Of a stretch of DNA of 64,000 nt, positions 23,570 through 38,408 are shown one piece after another. Numbering within the stretch: position 1 is the first letter of the stretch; the number at the start of each line of letters is the position of its first letter. Below the pieces are notes generated by a model. The model was given only the letters and a program-made list of their open reading frames with translations. It had not been told where the DNA came from and searched no databases. This DNA comes from Octopus bimaculoides (lineage: Eukaryota): the NCBI RefSeq assembly GCF_001194135.2, contig NC_068982.1, positions 44,715,493-44,779,492 on the forward strand, read 5' to 3'. Made by a program: the position numbers and the translations under genes.

Positions 23570-24240
23570 TCTGTATATGTGTGCTTGTACGTGTATGCGT
23601 TTGCGTATAAGTGCTTGTGTGTTTTGTGTATTTGTGTGTGTGTGTGTTTGTATGTGTGCTCGTGCGTGCGTGCGTGCGTGCGTGCATATGTGTACTAGTT
23701 TGCGAATCTGTGTTTATGTTTGTGTGTTTGTATGTGTATGTGTGATAGTGTGTGTGTCTGTGTGTGTGTGTCTGTGTGTACGTGCTTGCATGTTTGTGTG
23801 CTGTGTGTTACGTATTTGTGTATGTATGCTTATGTGTGTGTGTGTCTGTGTGTACGTGCTTGCATGTTTGTGCGCTGTGTGTTACGTATTTGTGTATGTA
23901 TGCTTATGTGTGTGTTTGCTAGTGTTTGTGTGTGAATGTGCCTTGTATGAAGGTGTTTGCGTGTTTCTGTGTATGTGGCTGTGTGTGTTTGTGTTTGCGT
24001 ATGTGTGTTCGTGTGTATTTGCCTGTGCTTGTGTGTATTTTTGTGTGTTTGTATGTGTATTTGTGTATTTGTGTATGTGCGCGTGTATGTGTGATTGTAT
24101 GTATATGTGTGTGCGTGCTACTGTGTATTTGTGCGTATGTGTGACTGCGTGTATTCGTGTATATGCCTGTGTTTGTATTAGTACCTGTGCGTAAGTGTTT
24201 GTGTGTACACGTTTGAATGTTTTGTTCATTTGCGTGTTTT
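23570..24240. repeat. Degenerate GT-rich low-complexity tract with an internal ~72-nt tandem duplication (~23765-23910)
   Basis: GTGTGTGTCTGTGTGTACGTGCTTGCATGTTTGTG..TTACGTATTTGTGTATGTATGCTTATG occurs twice in tandem. Confidence 0.85.
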
Positions 24241-24758
24241 GTAGAAGGAATACATAATGAAAAGAAACTATAGAAACGAACGAAAGTATGAAAGAGCGAT
24301 AGAGAGAGAGAGAGAGAAGAAAAACGGAGAATAATAGAGGATAATAAAGCGAGGCGTGAAGAGAGAATGAATGACTGAACAGTTTTAATGTAATCTAGCT
24401 TAGAAAAGGAATAACATTTTGGAAATTATATAGAAAGAAAGAAATAGATTGGGGAGAGAGAGAAAAATATATATTGTAAATTTGGAAAAGGAGTTTAAAA
24501 ATTAAGAAAAAGAAAAATAGACGGAAGATAATATGTTTTGAATGAACGAGAGAAAAATAGTATGATGAAATGAAAGAAACAACATATTTCAGAAAAGAAG
24601 GCAGTTGTTTTTTTTGTTTTTATTTAGTTTTTTTTTTTTTTTTTCTACAGAAAACAAAGAATAACTTAACTTCAGAGAGAAATATAAAAGGTAGACAGCA
24701 TGAATTACAGACCACACAGTGAGTGAGAGACTGAATGACTTATTGACAGAGTGAGTGC

Positions 24759-24789
<31 letters not shown>

Positions 24790-25260
24790 GCAGACAGACA
24801 GACAGACAGATAACAGAGAAGCAGACAGTCAGGCAGACGGAAAGTCAGTCAAACGACAGATGAGGAAAGAATGAAGTTAAAGAGTCTCTTATTTTCGAAT
24901 AATTGACACACACACGCGCACACACATGCACGCCCGCATACATGCATGTATACACATTTCTTTTACATACATATACATACATAAATATGTGTGTATATAC
25001 ATACATATATATATGTGTGTGTGTGTGTGGAACTATATATATATATATATATACATATTTACATATGGACACATATATATGAACACATGTGTATATACAC
25101 ATATATACATATGCATGTACATATACATATATATATATATATATATATGTACACATTTATCTGCACACACACACACACACACATATATATACACACATAT
25201 GTATACACATACACATAATTATACAAAGAGAGATATACGTGCACGCACACACGCACATAC

Positions 25261-25291
<31 letters not shown>

Positions 25292-25335
25292 GAGANNNNN
25301 NNNNNAGATATACGTGCACGCACACACGCACATAC

Positions 25336-25366
<31 letters not shown>

Positions 25367-25548
25367 GAGAGTGATGGAGGAGAAAAAAAGAAAATGTGAA
25401 ATGTAGAATAAAAGAAAATGACATTAAAAAGTAATGAATTCAATTAAATTGAATTGAAAAGGTATGAAAATCATCTCAGAATAAATTGCAATTAAACATT
25501 TGTAAAAGGAACGAATTATTTAGAAGGGAAAACTAAATTAACAAACAG

Positions 25549-25644
<96 letters not shown>
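25549..25644. repeat. (GT)n microsatellite, ~47 units
   Basis: Seen directly. Confidence 0.97.
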
Positions 25645-25647
<3 letters not shown>

Positions 25648-26721
25648 CGCGGTTGTGTGTATGCGTATGCATATGTGTATACATATGTATAAATGTAGGG
25701 GTGTGTATATGTGTATGTGTATATTTTATGCATGTATGTGTGCAAGCATACACACACACTCACGCACACACGTATACATACATATGTACATACATGCATA
25801 TGTAGGACTTACGTAGTACATATAGGCAGATAAACCTAAGCGATACTTTTTTTTTTTTAAAGAAATATCTAAATACCGGGAGTGCACAACAACTTAACAG
25901 GTCGTCAGTCTTTTGACTTTAAATCTACGTGAATTAAGCGAACGGGGAGAATGCACTGTAAGTATACTATGACAAGAATACATAGCCTATAATTTTTTGA
26001 GGGATTCTCAGCGCCTAAGAGCAAGGAAACTTTTGGTAAGCGCTACCTTCATTAAGCTTAAATCTTGAACCCTCTCCCACCTGCAGCCATTTTTGTCCCA
26101 CTCCAGCTTCTAATACCTTTGCTTATGGTGCATAATTGCGATTTCGTTTACTAGTCAGTTTGCCAGCTGCCGTTGAACTAAAGACAGTTGCGCGCTTAGT
26201 TACATAACATGTAGTTGTTGGCATCAAGAGTGGTTGGTGTATAATTCAACTAGAAACAGACAGAGGAAAGAAGCGTTCGCTCTATACATTTAAAAGAAAT
26301 ACCAAATATTTTTAAAAAATAGTGAAAAGGAAGTGGTGTATAGGGTGAATATAAGTTGGAATAGGNNNNNNNNNNNNNNNNNNNNNNNNNNNNNNNNNNN
26401 NNNNNNNNNNNNNNNNNNNNNNNNNNNNNNNNNNNNNNNNNNNNNNNNNNNNNNNNNNNNNNNNNNNNNNNNNNNNNNNNNNNNNNNNNNNNNNNNNNNN
26501 NNNNNNNNNNNNNNNNNNNNNNNNNNNNNNNNNNNNNNNNNNNNNNNNNNNNNNNNNNNNNNNNNNNNNNNNNNNNNNNNNNNNNNNNNNNNNNNNNNNN
26601 NNNNNNNNNNNNNNNNNNNNNNNNNNNNNNNNNNNNNNNNNNNNNNNNNNNNNNNNNNNNNNNNNNNNNNNNNNNNNNNNNNNNNNNNNNNNNNNNNNNN
26701 NNNNNNNNNNNNNNNNNNNNN

Positions 26722-26890
26722 TGTATATATATATATGCAACGAGCTTCTTTCAGTTTCCGTCTACCAAATCCACTCAAAAGGCTTTGGTCAGCCCGAGGC
26801 TATAGTAGAAGACACTTGCCCAAGGCGCCAGCAGTGGGATTGAACCCAGAACCATGTGGTTGGTAAGCAAGCTACTTACTACACAGCCAA
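26722..26890 (-). mobile_element. Family A SINE 5' half (remainder in the adjacent gap)
   Basis: TTCTTTCAGTTTCCGTCTACCAAATCCACTCA..CTACTTACTACACAGCC. Confidence 0.85.
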
Positions 26891-26956
26891 TATATATAAA
26901 ACATTTTTTTTTTGGTTGCTAGATTCTTGATGTGAACACGTGTGTCAAAATATATT

Positions 26957-27343
26957 TTGTTATCTCGATAATGTCATTGGCGCACGTATAACGCGCACGT
27001 ACTCTGTTTCACTTCTTCATTATTTATTTGTCAATTGGTTTACTACTAAATCAATGAACTTAAGCGATTGTTTGATTAATTCTTCGGTCAATCAGTCAAC
27101 CAGATTAATCAAAGTTCTTTCAACATCATTGGTCGCCTCGTCTATGACATGTCCTCTCTTACACCAGGTCTACTTCAAACCTAACTGATCGATTGATTGA
27201 GTGATTAACTGACCGAACGATTAATCAAACAATCGATTAGTTAAGTAGTTAGTTAAGTAATTGATAAGTAAATAACAAAGAAGTGAAACAGAACCAGTGC
27301 GTGTATTCTTTACTGGTGTAATGACCCTCCCGAGATACAACAA
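26957..27343. repeat. Old fold-back inverted repeat (~135-bp arms, ~120-bp spacer), MITE-like
   Basis: TCTGTTTCACTTCTT / AAGAAGTGAAACAGA and CGATTGTTTGATTAAT..TTCGGTCA / TGACCGAA..ATTAATCAAACAATCG pair in reverse complement. Confidence 0.8.
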
Positions 27344-27480
27344 CCTCTCTCTCTCATATATATATAATGTACATACATATATATATACATATACACACAT
27401 ACGCACATATATATAAAATGTTATGTAGACATGTATGCATGCATATATGCATATGCGTGTGTATGTGTGTGTGTGTATAC

Positions 27481-27513
<33 letters not shown>

Positions 27514-28470
27514 NNNNNNNNNNNNNNNNNNNNNNNNNNNNNNNNNNNNNNNNNNNNNNNNNNNNNNNNNNNNNNNNNNNNNNNNNNNNNNNNNNNNNNN
27601 NNNNNNNNNNNNNNNNNNNNNNNNNNNNNNNNNNNNNNNNNNNNNNNNNNNNNNNNNNNNNNNNNNNNNNNNNNNNNNNNNNNNNNNNNNNNNNNNNNNN
27701 NNNNNNNNNNNNNNNNNNNNNNNNNNNNNNNNNNNNNNNNNNNNNNNNNNNNNNNNNNNNNNNNNNNNNNNNNNNNNNNNNNNNNNNNNNNNNNNNNNNN
27801 NNNNNNNNNNNNNNNNNNNNNNNNNNNNNNNNNNNNNNNNNNNNNNNNNNNNNNNNNNNNNNNNNNNNNNNNNNNNNNNNNNNNNNNNNNNNNNNNNNNN
27901 NNNNNNNNNNNNNNNNNNNNNNNNNNNNNNNNNNNNNNNNNNNNNNNNNNNNNNNNNNNNNNNNNNNNNNNNNNNNNNNNNNNNNNNNNNNNNNNNNNNN
28001 NNNNNNNNNNNNNNNNNNNNNNNNNNNNNNNNNNNNNNNNNNNNNNNNNNNNNNNNNNNNNNNNNNNNNNNNNNNNNNNNNNNNNNNNNNNNNNNNNNNN
28101 NNNNNNNNNNNNNNNNNNNNNNNNNNNNNNNNNNNNNNNNNNNNNNNNNNNNNNNNNNNNNATATATATATATACTTATGTATGAGCAGTTTATGTTGCA
28201 TATGCGTACATGTGATCTGTGTGTGTGTGTGTCTGCTTGTGGCTGTGTTGAGGTGTTTGTAGCTGATTGTGTATGTTTATAAAATTGTCTCTTGTGTCAA
28301 TAGACATTCGTTGTTTGTAAGTGTGTGAGCGTGTGTGTGCGTGAATGTGTGCATGTATGTGTGTGCATTGATGTTTAAATGTCTCAATGCGATAGTGATT
28401 TTCCGAAATGGCGATCGAGAAAAACGTAAGGGAACGTTGTGTTGTGAAGAGAAAGAAAATGTGAGTGGCA

Positions 28471-28471
28471 A

Positions 28472-28527
<56 letters not shown>

Positions 28528-28700
28528 AATAAAGAAAGAAAGAAAGAAAGAAAGAAAGAGATTGAAAGAAAGAGAGAAAGGAAGAAAGAAATAAAGAAAG
28601 AAAGAAAGAAAGAAAGGGAGATTGAAAGAAATAAAGAAAGAAACGAAATGAATAAATAAATAGATAAATAAATAAACGAATGAAACGAATGAATGAAAAG
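28471..28700. repeat. (GAAA)n purine tract upstream of the signal-peptide exon
   Basis: Seen directly. Confidence 0.95.
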
Positions 28701-28921
28701 TAAACTAATAAGAGTAGAGGTATGAGCTGGAGGAAAAGTGAGGGACGGAAAATGCTGTAAGTGAAAGAAGACAAAGTAAGAGCGTGCAGAGAGGAGGAGA
28801 AGAAAAATGAAGAAAAGAAAGAGAAGCTAGAAGAGTGCAAGAGAGGTGGAGGCGGAGGCAGCAGTAATCCCCCGGATGTTGGACCGTCTGACATTTGCTT
28901 ATGAACAGCAACTAACTAAAG

Positions 28922-28976
28922 ATGGATGTAAGTCCCCTCTTCTTGCTGTTTCTTGTGCTCAGCCTCATTGAAAGAG
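28922..28976 (+). CDS. First coding exon of an unidentified secreted or membrane protein (signal peptide MDVSPLFLLFLVLSLIER-)
   Basis: Strong Kozak AAGATGG; in-frame TAA at 28913-28915; hydrophobic core PLFLLFLVLSLI; consensus donor AG|GTAAGT at 28976/28977 in phase 1, typical of signal-peptide exons. Confidence 0.7.
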
Positions 28977-29072
28977 GTAAGTGTGATTGGATTTGATTTT
29001 TTTTGTTTTACCGATTTCATACAAACAAAAAATTGCGAGGGATTTTTCTTAATTGTTTTTAAAATCTTTCCT

Positions 29073-29109
<37 letters not shown>

Positions 29110-29693
29110 TTTGCATCTGTCATTCATACTTCGTATATAATAAATAACTCGATAAATTGACTGATTGATTTTGTTTATTTATGAAGAAAACCAAGTCAGT
29201 TGTTTTTGTTCCTTTTGTAAAAGAANNNNNNNNNNNNNNNNNNNNNNNNNNNNNNNNNNNNNNNNNNNNNNNNNNNNNNNNNNNNNNNNNNNNNNNNNNN
29301 NNNNNNNNNNNNNNNNNNNNNNNNNNNNNNNNNNNNNNNNNNNNNNNNNNNNNNNNNNNNNNNNNNNNNNNNNNNNNNNNNNNNNNNNNNNNNNNNNNNN
29401 NNNNNNNNNNNNNNNNNNNNNNNNNNNNNNNNNNNNNNNNNNNNNNNNNNNNNNNNNNNNNNNNNNNNNNNNNNNNNNNNNNNNNNNNNNNNNNNNNNNN
29501 NNNNNNNNNNNNNNNNNNNNNNNNNNNNNNNNNNNNNNNNNNNNNNNNNNNNNNNNNNNNNNNNNNNNNNNNNNNNNNNNNNNNNNNNNNNNNNNNNNNN
29601 NNNNNNNNNNNNNNNNNNNNNNNNNNNNNNNNNNNNNNNNNNNNNNNNNNNNNNNNCTTTACCCTCCATTCTCTTTCGTATATTTTTATACAC

Positions 29694-29745
<52 letters not shown>

Positions 29746-29994
29746 ACATATACATATGTATGTATGTATGTATGTGCATATATATATTTATACAGATACA
29801 GATGTAAATGTTTATATCTATATTTACGCATTCATCACACACACACAAACATATATATCATACATTTGTATGATATATGTGTGTGTGTGAATATCTATCT
29901 ATCTGCCTGTCTGTCTATCTATCTATCTATCTGTCCGTCTGTCTGTCTGTCTATCTGTCTATCTGTCTGTCTATCTATCTATCTAACTATCTAA

Positions 29995-30040
<46 letters not shown>

Positions 30041-30423
30041 GTCTGTCTATCTATCTAGTTACATAAACATACAATACTCTCTACCACACACGCAAGCTTT
30101 CTCGATTTTTCTTTCTCAACTTATTTTTATTCCACCATGTTATGTTTTTCTTTTTCGCGCCTCTTCTTTGCGATTGATTTTTCTGTCAGTGGTTCTCTTC
30201 TCTCCGGTCATCTTCTTACACATTCAATCCTATTCTTAGCTTCTTTTCCTTCTTTTGTTTTCTTCCTGTAGTTCTATGCATGTGGGTGTATGTGTGTGTG
30301 TATTCGCGCACGCGCGCGCGTGAATGTACGTGTCCCAAATTTTTGCCGTTCATCATCTTATCACTCACTTTCAGTCTTACACTTTCTCTTTCATTATTCT
30401 TCTCTCTCTCTCACTCTCTCTAC

Positions 30424-30455
<32 letters not shown>

Positions 30456-30620
30456 GTCTATCTATCTATCTTTCTATCTTTCTATTTATCTTGCCGCCTG
30501 TCTATCGATCCTCTATCAGTTTTGTTTTTCCTCTTTTCTCTCCTCCCTCAATTGCTCAATCTTTAACAACCTCAGTATGCTTTTATTTACTCTTTTACTA
30601 AGGAAAAAAAAGACGCGCGA

Positions 30621-30652
<32 letters not shown>

Positions 30653-30777
30653 TCATACACACACACATACAAACACACACACAAACACACACACACGCAC
30701 ACGCACAAAACATACTGTAAGGATAACTGATGATTTTGCTTCATTTCTTTTCCTTTTCTTTCTTTCCCCTCTGTCTT

Positions 30778-30809
<32 letters not shown>

Positions 30810-31188
30810 CCTCTCTCTCTCCCTCCCTTAATCATCCTCGTTCTCTCTGTCCCTCTTCATCGCACCCACCTAACAACGCCTTCTAACTGTTTTCTCCATG
30901 TTAATAGGTTTAAAGGTACTAGTATATAACTTCTCAGAATAAAAAGTAATGGGTTAAGACCTGAATATATACATACATATANNNNNNNNNNNNNNNNNNN
31001 NNNNNNNNNNNNNNNNNNNNNNNNNNNNNNNNNNNNNNNNNNNNNNNNNNNNNNNNNNNNNNNNNNNNNNNNNNNNNNNNNNNNNNNNNNNNNNNNNNNN
31101 NNNNNNNNNNNNNNNNNNNNNNNNNNNNNNNNNNNNNNNNNNNNNNNNNNNNNNNNNNNNNNNNNNNNNNNNNNNNNNNNNNNNNNNN

Positions 31189-31225
<37 letters not shown>

Positions 31226-31303
31226 GTATGTATGTATGTATGTATACATATGCATGCATACAATCAATTTTTTTTCTCCGTGTTTTTCTCCTTGTCTCCG
31301 TAT

Positions 31304-31340
31304 TCTTTCTGTTGAAGAGCGTAGCTCGAAACGTCAAAGA
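31304..31340 (+). ncRNA. Ultra-minimal hammerhead-like motif, A6U variant, zero-loop stem III
   Basis: TCTTT-CTGTTGA-A-GAGC/GTA/GCTC-GAAAC-GTC-AAAGA: perfect 5-bp stem I, 4-bp stem II, ACGT palindrome. A decayed relative lies at ~4878-4910. Confidence 0.65.
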
Positions 31341-32223
31341 CTTTTCGTATTCCCGAGCGTCATACTAATACATCCTTTTGTTGTTTACACCACCTGTCCT
31401 CGTCTGCTGTTGTTTTTTCGTACATTCTCCCACATACATACATACATATACATATATTGTATATTAATACAATATATGTATATGTATGTATATGTATGTA
31501 TATGTAACCAAACTTCTTCATTGCGATTCTAATCAAAACTTAGCATCCAAGTCAGTATTTACTACAGGGTAAAATAGTAAAAAACATCTCACCTACCCGA
31601 CGATTTGAACCCGCTCCCTTTCATTTTATTACCATTTCCAGCAACACACACGTTTCCGAGCCAAAGAGTGGAGTCTTGTCCGTGTTCACTCGACATGCTA
31701 GAAATAGCAGCAAAAACTGTCTTAACTCATACATCCAACATATGTATACTTTTAAAGGACTCATTGGATAATATAATCCTTGATATACTTGTGCACGGAG
31801 AAAAAATAATAAGATGGGTTGCATTTTGTCATAAGTCTGCCTATTGAGGACTGACTTTGTGCTAAAGAGCAACAACACTAAATTTAATCCATCTATTTTG
31901 ACCCTTGATCTATCAGTCATTTGACAATGTAGACCTAGACACGCTGTGCCTGAAAAATAAATGACGTGATAGCCATGATTGGAACGCCTTTGATTACGAC
32001 TGACCTGGTGCTAAACAACTATAGCAACAACACTAACGGTTTTTAATCTCCTTGTCCCTCAATCTCTAAGGTCTCATGTTTATATTTTACTCTGTTTATA
32101 TTAAGAGTCTTCTTAACTGTATAACAACCTGTTTGTTTCTCAGCGCACATTTTTTAGCTAATAGTATGTAGGTATATTTGCATGGATGTACGTGTGTGCG
32201 TGCGTGAGTTCGTGCGTGCGCAC

Positions 32224-32264
<41 letters not shown>

Positions 32265-32780
32265 NNNNNNNNNNNNNNNNNNNNNNNNNNNNNNNNNNNN
32301 NNNNNNNNNNNNNNNNNNNNNNNNNNNNNNNNNNNNNNNNNNNNNNNNNNNNNNNNNNNNNNNNNNNNNNNNNNNNNNNNNNNNNNNNNNNNNNNNNNNN
32401 NNNNNNNNNNNNNNNNNNNNNNNNNNNNNNNNNNNNNNNNNNNNNNNNNNNNNNNNNNNNNNNNNNNNNNNNNNNNNNNNNNNNNNNNNNNNNNNNNNNN
32501 NNNNNNNNNNNNNNNNNNNNNNNNNNNNNNNNNNNNNNNNNNNNNNNNNNNNNNNNNNNNNNNNNNNNNNNNNNNNNNNNNNNNNNNNNNNNNNNNNNNN
32601 NNNNNNNNNNNNNNNNNNNNNNNNNNNNNNNNNNNNNNNNNNNNNNNNNNNNNNNNNNNNNNNNNNNNNNNNNNNNNNNNNNNNNNNNNNNNNNNNNNNN
32701 NNNNNNNNNNNNNNNNNNNNNNNNNNNNNNNNNNNNNNNNNNNNNNNNNNNNNNNNNNNNNNNNNNNNNNNNNNNNNNNN

Positions 32781-32827
<47 letters not shown>

Positions 32828-35599
32828 CGTTAGAGAACGGTATTGCTGTAACTGCTGCTGTCAATGTTTAGTCCCAGGTCAACCTTGAAAGATCAGATTT
32901 ATGATCAAAAGCCTTCCTCCTATGACCATCTCGTCGCTTTCCGTGTGTCATTTCGTCAGTCTCTTATCTCCTACAACGATTCCTTACGAACAACTTCCCA
33001 CAACTATATACGATCACTTTCACATTTGCATTACACCGAAATAAATATCCAAGAATCCTCGAATATTAAATTCTCTACGACTATTATGATAGATTCCTTT
33101 CGTTTTTCTTCCAACTCTTATGATATCTTATTCCTTCATATCTTCAAAATCAGTCGTTGGAGTTTTATTTGGCATTCACTTCGAAAGCGAAAGCAGCGTA
33201 AAACAATATTAATATATCTTTTAGGCACAAGCCCATAATACCACTTGATTTATTTTTATTTATTATTTATTTATCTATTTGTAAAAGAAGAAAAATTGTC
33301 GCAAAGGGGTTTGGTATTTTCCTTTAATCCAACATTGTGTATAGCATATAACAGGTATTATACACAGTAACGTGAGATTTTCGTTCTTTTCTCCATATAC
33401 TGCAAATTATCCTTCGTAATGTTGTCGAAGTTCGCTTCGGTATCGTGAAGTCTTTAGGTTCCGATCAGCCCCGCCTGCGTGTTATCTTGGATCTTGGACA
33501 TGTGTCCGTTGTCATAGTCTAAGGTTGACGCGCACGCGCGTACGTGCGTGAGTAGGGACATGATTAATATTTCTAGACCAGATCGATGTGATGCGAACTC
33601 GAAAGTTTCACTCTCGGTAGCATTTAAATTCATAATCCTGCGGCGTAAAAATATTCTGGTTTTTAAATAATAGTGGGATTAATTAATTAATTATGTATAT
33701 GAACATATGTACCACAATATAAACAAAATTCACTCTCTCTGTCTCTGCCTGTCTCTCTCTCTCTCTTTCTCTCTTTTACTCTTTAGCTTTCTCTCCATCT
33801 CTCCATCTTTCTATTTCTTTTTCCCCTGCTGAGTTCGAAACCTACTGAGGCCGACTATGTAATTTATCTACATTGGGCTGATTGATTACACTTTTCCCCA
33901 AAAATATGTGATAGTCTACCAAAGTTAGAAATAACTATCATATATATATATATATATACACGCGCGCACACTCGCACAGAAACACACACACACACACACA
34001 CACAAACATATATATGTACTACTGCAAAGTCATTTACCTGTAAATACGCCCACACTAATTAGGTTTTCGCCGACTCGAAAGAAATGTGTCCGTACACACA
34101 TACATACATACATACATACATACATACATACATACATACATCGCGCGCGCACAGACACACACACACACACACATACACACACACACATACACACNNNNNN
34201 NNNNNNNNNNNNNNNNNNNNNNNNNNNNNNNNNNNNNNNNNNNNNNNNNNNNNNNNNNNNNNNNNNNNNNNNNNNNNNNNNNNNNNNNNNNNNNNNNNNN
34301 NNNNNNNNNNNNNNNNNNNNNNNNNNNNNNNNNNNNNNNNNNNNNNNNNNNNNNNNNNNNNNNNNNNNNNNNNNNNNNNNNNNNNNNNNNNNNNNNNNNN
34401 NNNNNNNNNNNNNNNNNNNNNNNNNNNNNNNNNNNNNNNNNNNNNNNNNNNNNNNNNNNNNNNNNNNNNNNNNNNNNNNNNNNNNNNNNNNNNNNNNNNN
34501 NNNNNNNNNNNNNNNNNNNNNNNNNNNNNNNNNNNNNNNNNNNNNNNNNNNNNNNNNNNNNNNNNNNNNNNNNNNNNNNNNNNNNNNNNNNNNNNNNNNN
34601 NNNNNNNNNNNNNNNNNNNNNNNNNNNNNNNNNNNNNNNNNNNNNNNNNNNNNNNNNNNNNNNNNNNNNNNNNNNNNNNNNNNNNNNNNNNNNNNNNNNN
34701 NNNNNNNNNNNNNNNNNNNNNNNNNNNNNNNNNNNNNNNNNNNNNNNNNNNNNNNNNNNNNNNNNNNNNNNNNNNNNNNNNNNNNNNNNNNNNNNNNNNN
34801 NNNNNNNNNNNNNNNNNNNNNNNNNNNNNNNNNNNNNNNNNNNNNNNNNNNNNNNNNNNNNNNNNNNNNNNNNNNNNNNNNNNNNNNNNNNNNNNNNNNN
34901 NNNNNNNNNNNNNNNNNNNNNNNNNNNNNNNNNNNNNNNNNNNNNNNNNNNNNNNNNNNNNNNNNNNNNNNNNNNNNNNNNNNNNNNNNNNNNNNNNNNN
35001 NNNNNNNNNNNNNNNNNNNNNNNNNNNNNNNNNNNNNNNNNNNNNNNNNNNNNNNNNNNNNNNNNNNNNNNNNNNNNNNNNNNNNNNNNNNNNNNNNNNN
35101 NNNNNNNNNNNNNNNNNNNNNNNNNNNNNNNNNNNNNNNNNNNNNNNNNNNNNNNNNNNNNNNNNNNNNNNNNNNNNATATATATATATATATATATACA
35201 TATGTGGGTTGCATAAGTGTATTGGCATTGATTGAGTTAGTTTCAACGAACAGCAGACAGGAAAGTTGCACATATCTCTCCAAACAGTGCATGTTACAAA
35301 GGTACATACATTACAATATGTAGAACGGTAGTTTTTACAGCTTTCATTTTCATTATTTTTAACTTATACATCACGTGAATCTGTGAACTATTTAATTATG
35401 TACGTACGTATGTATGTTTGACTATAAGTACGATTGTGTGTAGGTTTTGTATGTGTGTATATATCTAAGAGTTATGTATGTATGTATCCACGAAAGTAAA
35501 CGTAATGTATCACAATCGCTTCCTTTCTAATTTCATTAATTACTTGTGTACATTGATTGTTATTATTATTTATTTATTTACACAACAATCACCAGTGCG

Positions 35600-36290
<691 letters not shown>

Positions 36291-36437
36291 GTGTGAGTGT
36301 TTGTACTTATATACATTCTCGCACGGTGGAAAACTGCTTATGGAGTTCACTTTGGGAGGAAGCCTTTTTCGATTACATTATTACTTGAATATAACAAGCA
36401 GATTCCACAGAATGAGTAGAAAGAAAACATACACAGC

Positions 36438-36470
<33 letters not shown>

Positions 36471-36854
36471 ATGCACATATGCTTACCCACACACACACAC
36501 AAAACACTCAAAGAGGTGCAGCTAAATGGTAATGAACTCACTACCCACCCAACAAGTAAAAATTCTGTTGCAAACAAAAAATCTAAGCAAGTGACATTTT
36601 TCTTCCTTTACCAACCATTCTTAAAGACATACAGCAGAAAATTCTACCACTTGTTCCCACGGCCTAATCACATTCACATCAATTTTTCTTTGTTTTTTTT
36701 TTCTTTCTCTTAAATCCCCCCCTCCATCTCCCCCCGTTCTTCTACTCACCATCGTCTTCAGCTTGCTTTAAATACGTCTGTTTCTGTTTCTCGTTCTTCA
36801 TCGCCATCCAGCAGTCGGAACTTTCTAGTGATATATATATATATATATATAAAT

Positions 36855-36901
<47 letters not shown>

Positions 36902-37562
36902 TATACGCACATATATACATACATANNNNNNNNNNNNNNNNNNNNNNNNNNNNNNNNNNNNNNNNNNNNNNNNNNNNNNNNNNNNNNNNNNNNNNNNNNN
37001 NNNNNNNNNNNNNNNNNNNNNNNNNNNNNNNNNNNNNNNNNNNNNNNNNNNNNNNNNNNNNNNNNNNNNNNNNNNNNNNNNNNNNNNNNNNNNNNNNNNN
37101 NNNNNNNNNNNNNNNNNNNNNNNNNNNNNNNNNNNNNNNNNNNNNNNNNNNNNNNNNNNNNNNNNNNNNNNNNNNNNNNNNNNNNNNNNNNNNNNNNNNN
37201 NNNNNNNNNNNNNNNNNNNNNNNNNNNNNNNNNNNNNNNNNNNNNNNNNNNNNNNNNNNNNNNNNNNNNNNNNNNNNNNNNNNNNNNNNNNNNNNNNNNN
37301 NNNNNNNNNNNNNNNNNNNNNNNNNNNNNNNNNNNNNNNNNNNNNNNNNNNNNNNNNNNNNNNNNNNNNNNNNNNNNNNNNNNNNNNNNNNNNNNNNNNN
37401 NNNNNNNNNNNNNNNNNNNNNNNNNNNNNNNNNNNNNNNNNNNNNNNNNNNNNNNNNNNNNNNNNNNNNNNNNNNNNNNNNNNNNNNNNNNNNNNNNNNN
37501 NNNNNNNNNNNNNNNNNNNNNNNNNNNNNNNNNNNNNNNNNNNNNNNNNNNNNNNNNNNNNN

Positions 37563-37647
<85 letters not shown>

Positions 37648-38408
37648 GTGTGGTGTAAACTTCAGACCTCTGCATATTCGATGTACAATCTATCTCTTCG
37701 ATTTGACCTTCGCTTATCATCTATTTTTCTTTTAAGTGAACTATTCCTAATACAACATAGATAGCATGCACACTTATATAAGTGCATTTTGCTCCGTTCC
37801 TCTCTGTCTGTCTGTCTGTCCGTATGAATGTTATGTACGTATATAAGCATTTCTCTGTGTGTGCGTATCTGCCCGTCTATGTGTATGTGTGTGTATCTGT
37901 ATCTGCCCATCTGTGTTTGTGTGTGTATACATACTTGTCGTGTGTGTGTGTGTGTGGAGAGAGAGAGAATGAGATGTCGAGGTTGAGAGAGGGACAGAGA
38001 GAACCATAATCGGCCTAGTTTCGATTCCTGGTTAGAATTCACTTTCACTTCGACCACAAACTCCGATGTAAATAAATTCCATTTTTTTACCTCTAAGACC
38101 AGCAGAACTGATTACCGTGTGATTGATATTTGGTCACCAAAGCCAAAGAACTGGCTCTTTTTAATTCTGCTGTAAGTGCAAGGAGGAACTAAAGATCTTC
38201 ACTTACATATTTGTACGTATTTTTGTGAGTACATGTCTATATGTTTTTTAAAATAACGTCGACCACTAACGTGGACAATTAATGCGCTAGAAATAGATCA
38301 CATCTTGTGTCTATTAAAACCTAAATTGTTCTCAACATGAAATATAGCAGCATACCAAAAACGTGAGCGGGCAAGACATTTAAAATCACCTAAACAAGCA
38401 TTATTAAA

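Noticed and set aside
25231-25370. Exact 65-bp tandem duplication (similarly 42325-42398)
   Set aside because: Identical copies either side of a 10-N gap indicate a contig-overlap artefact.
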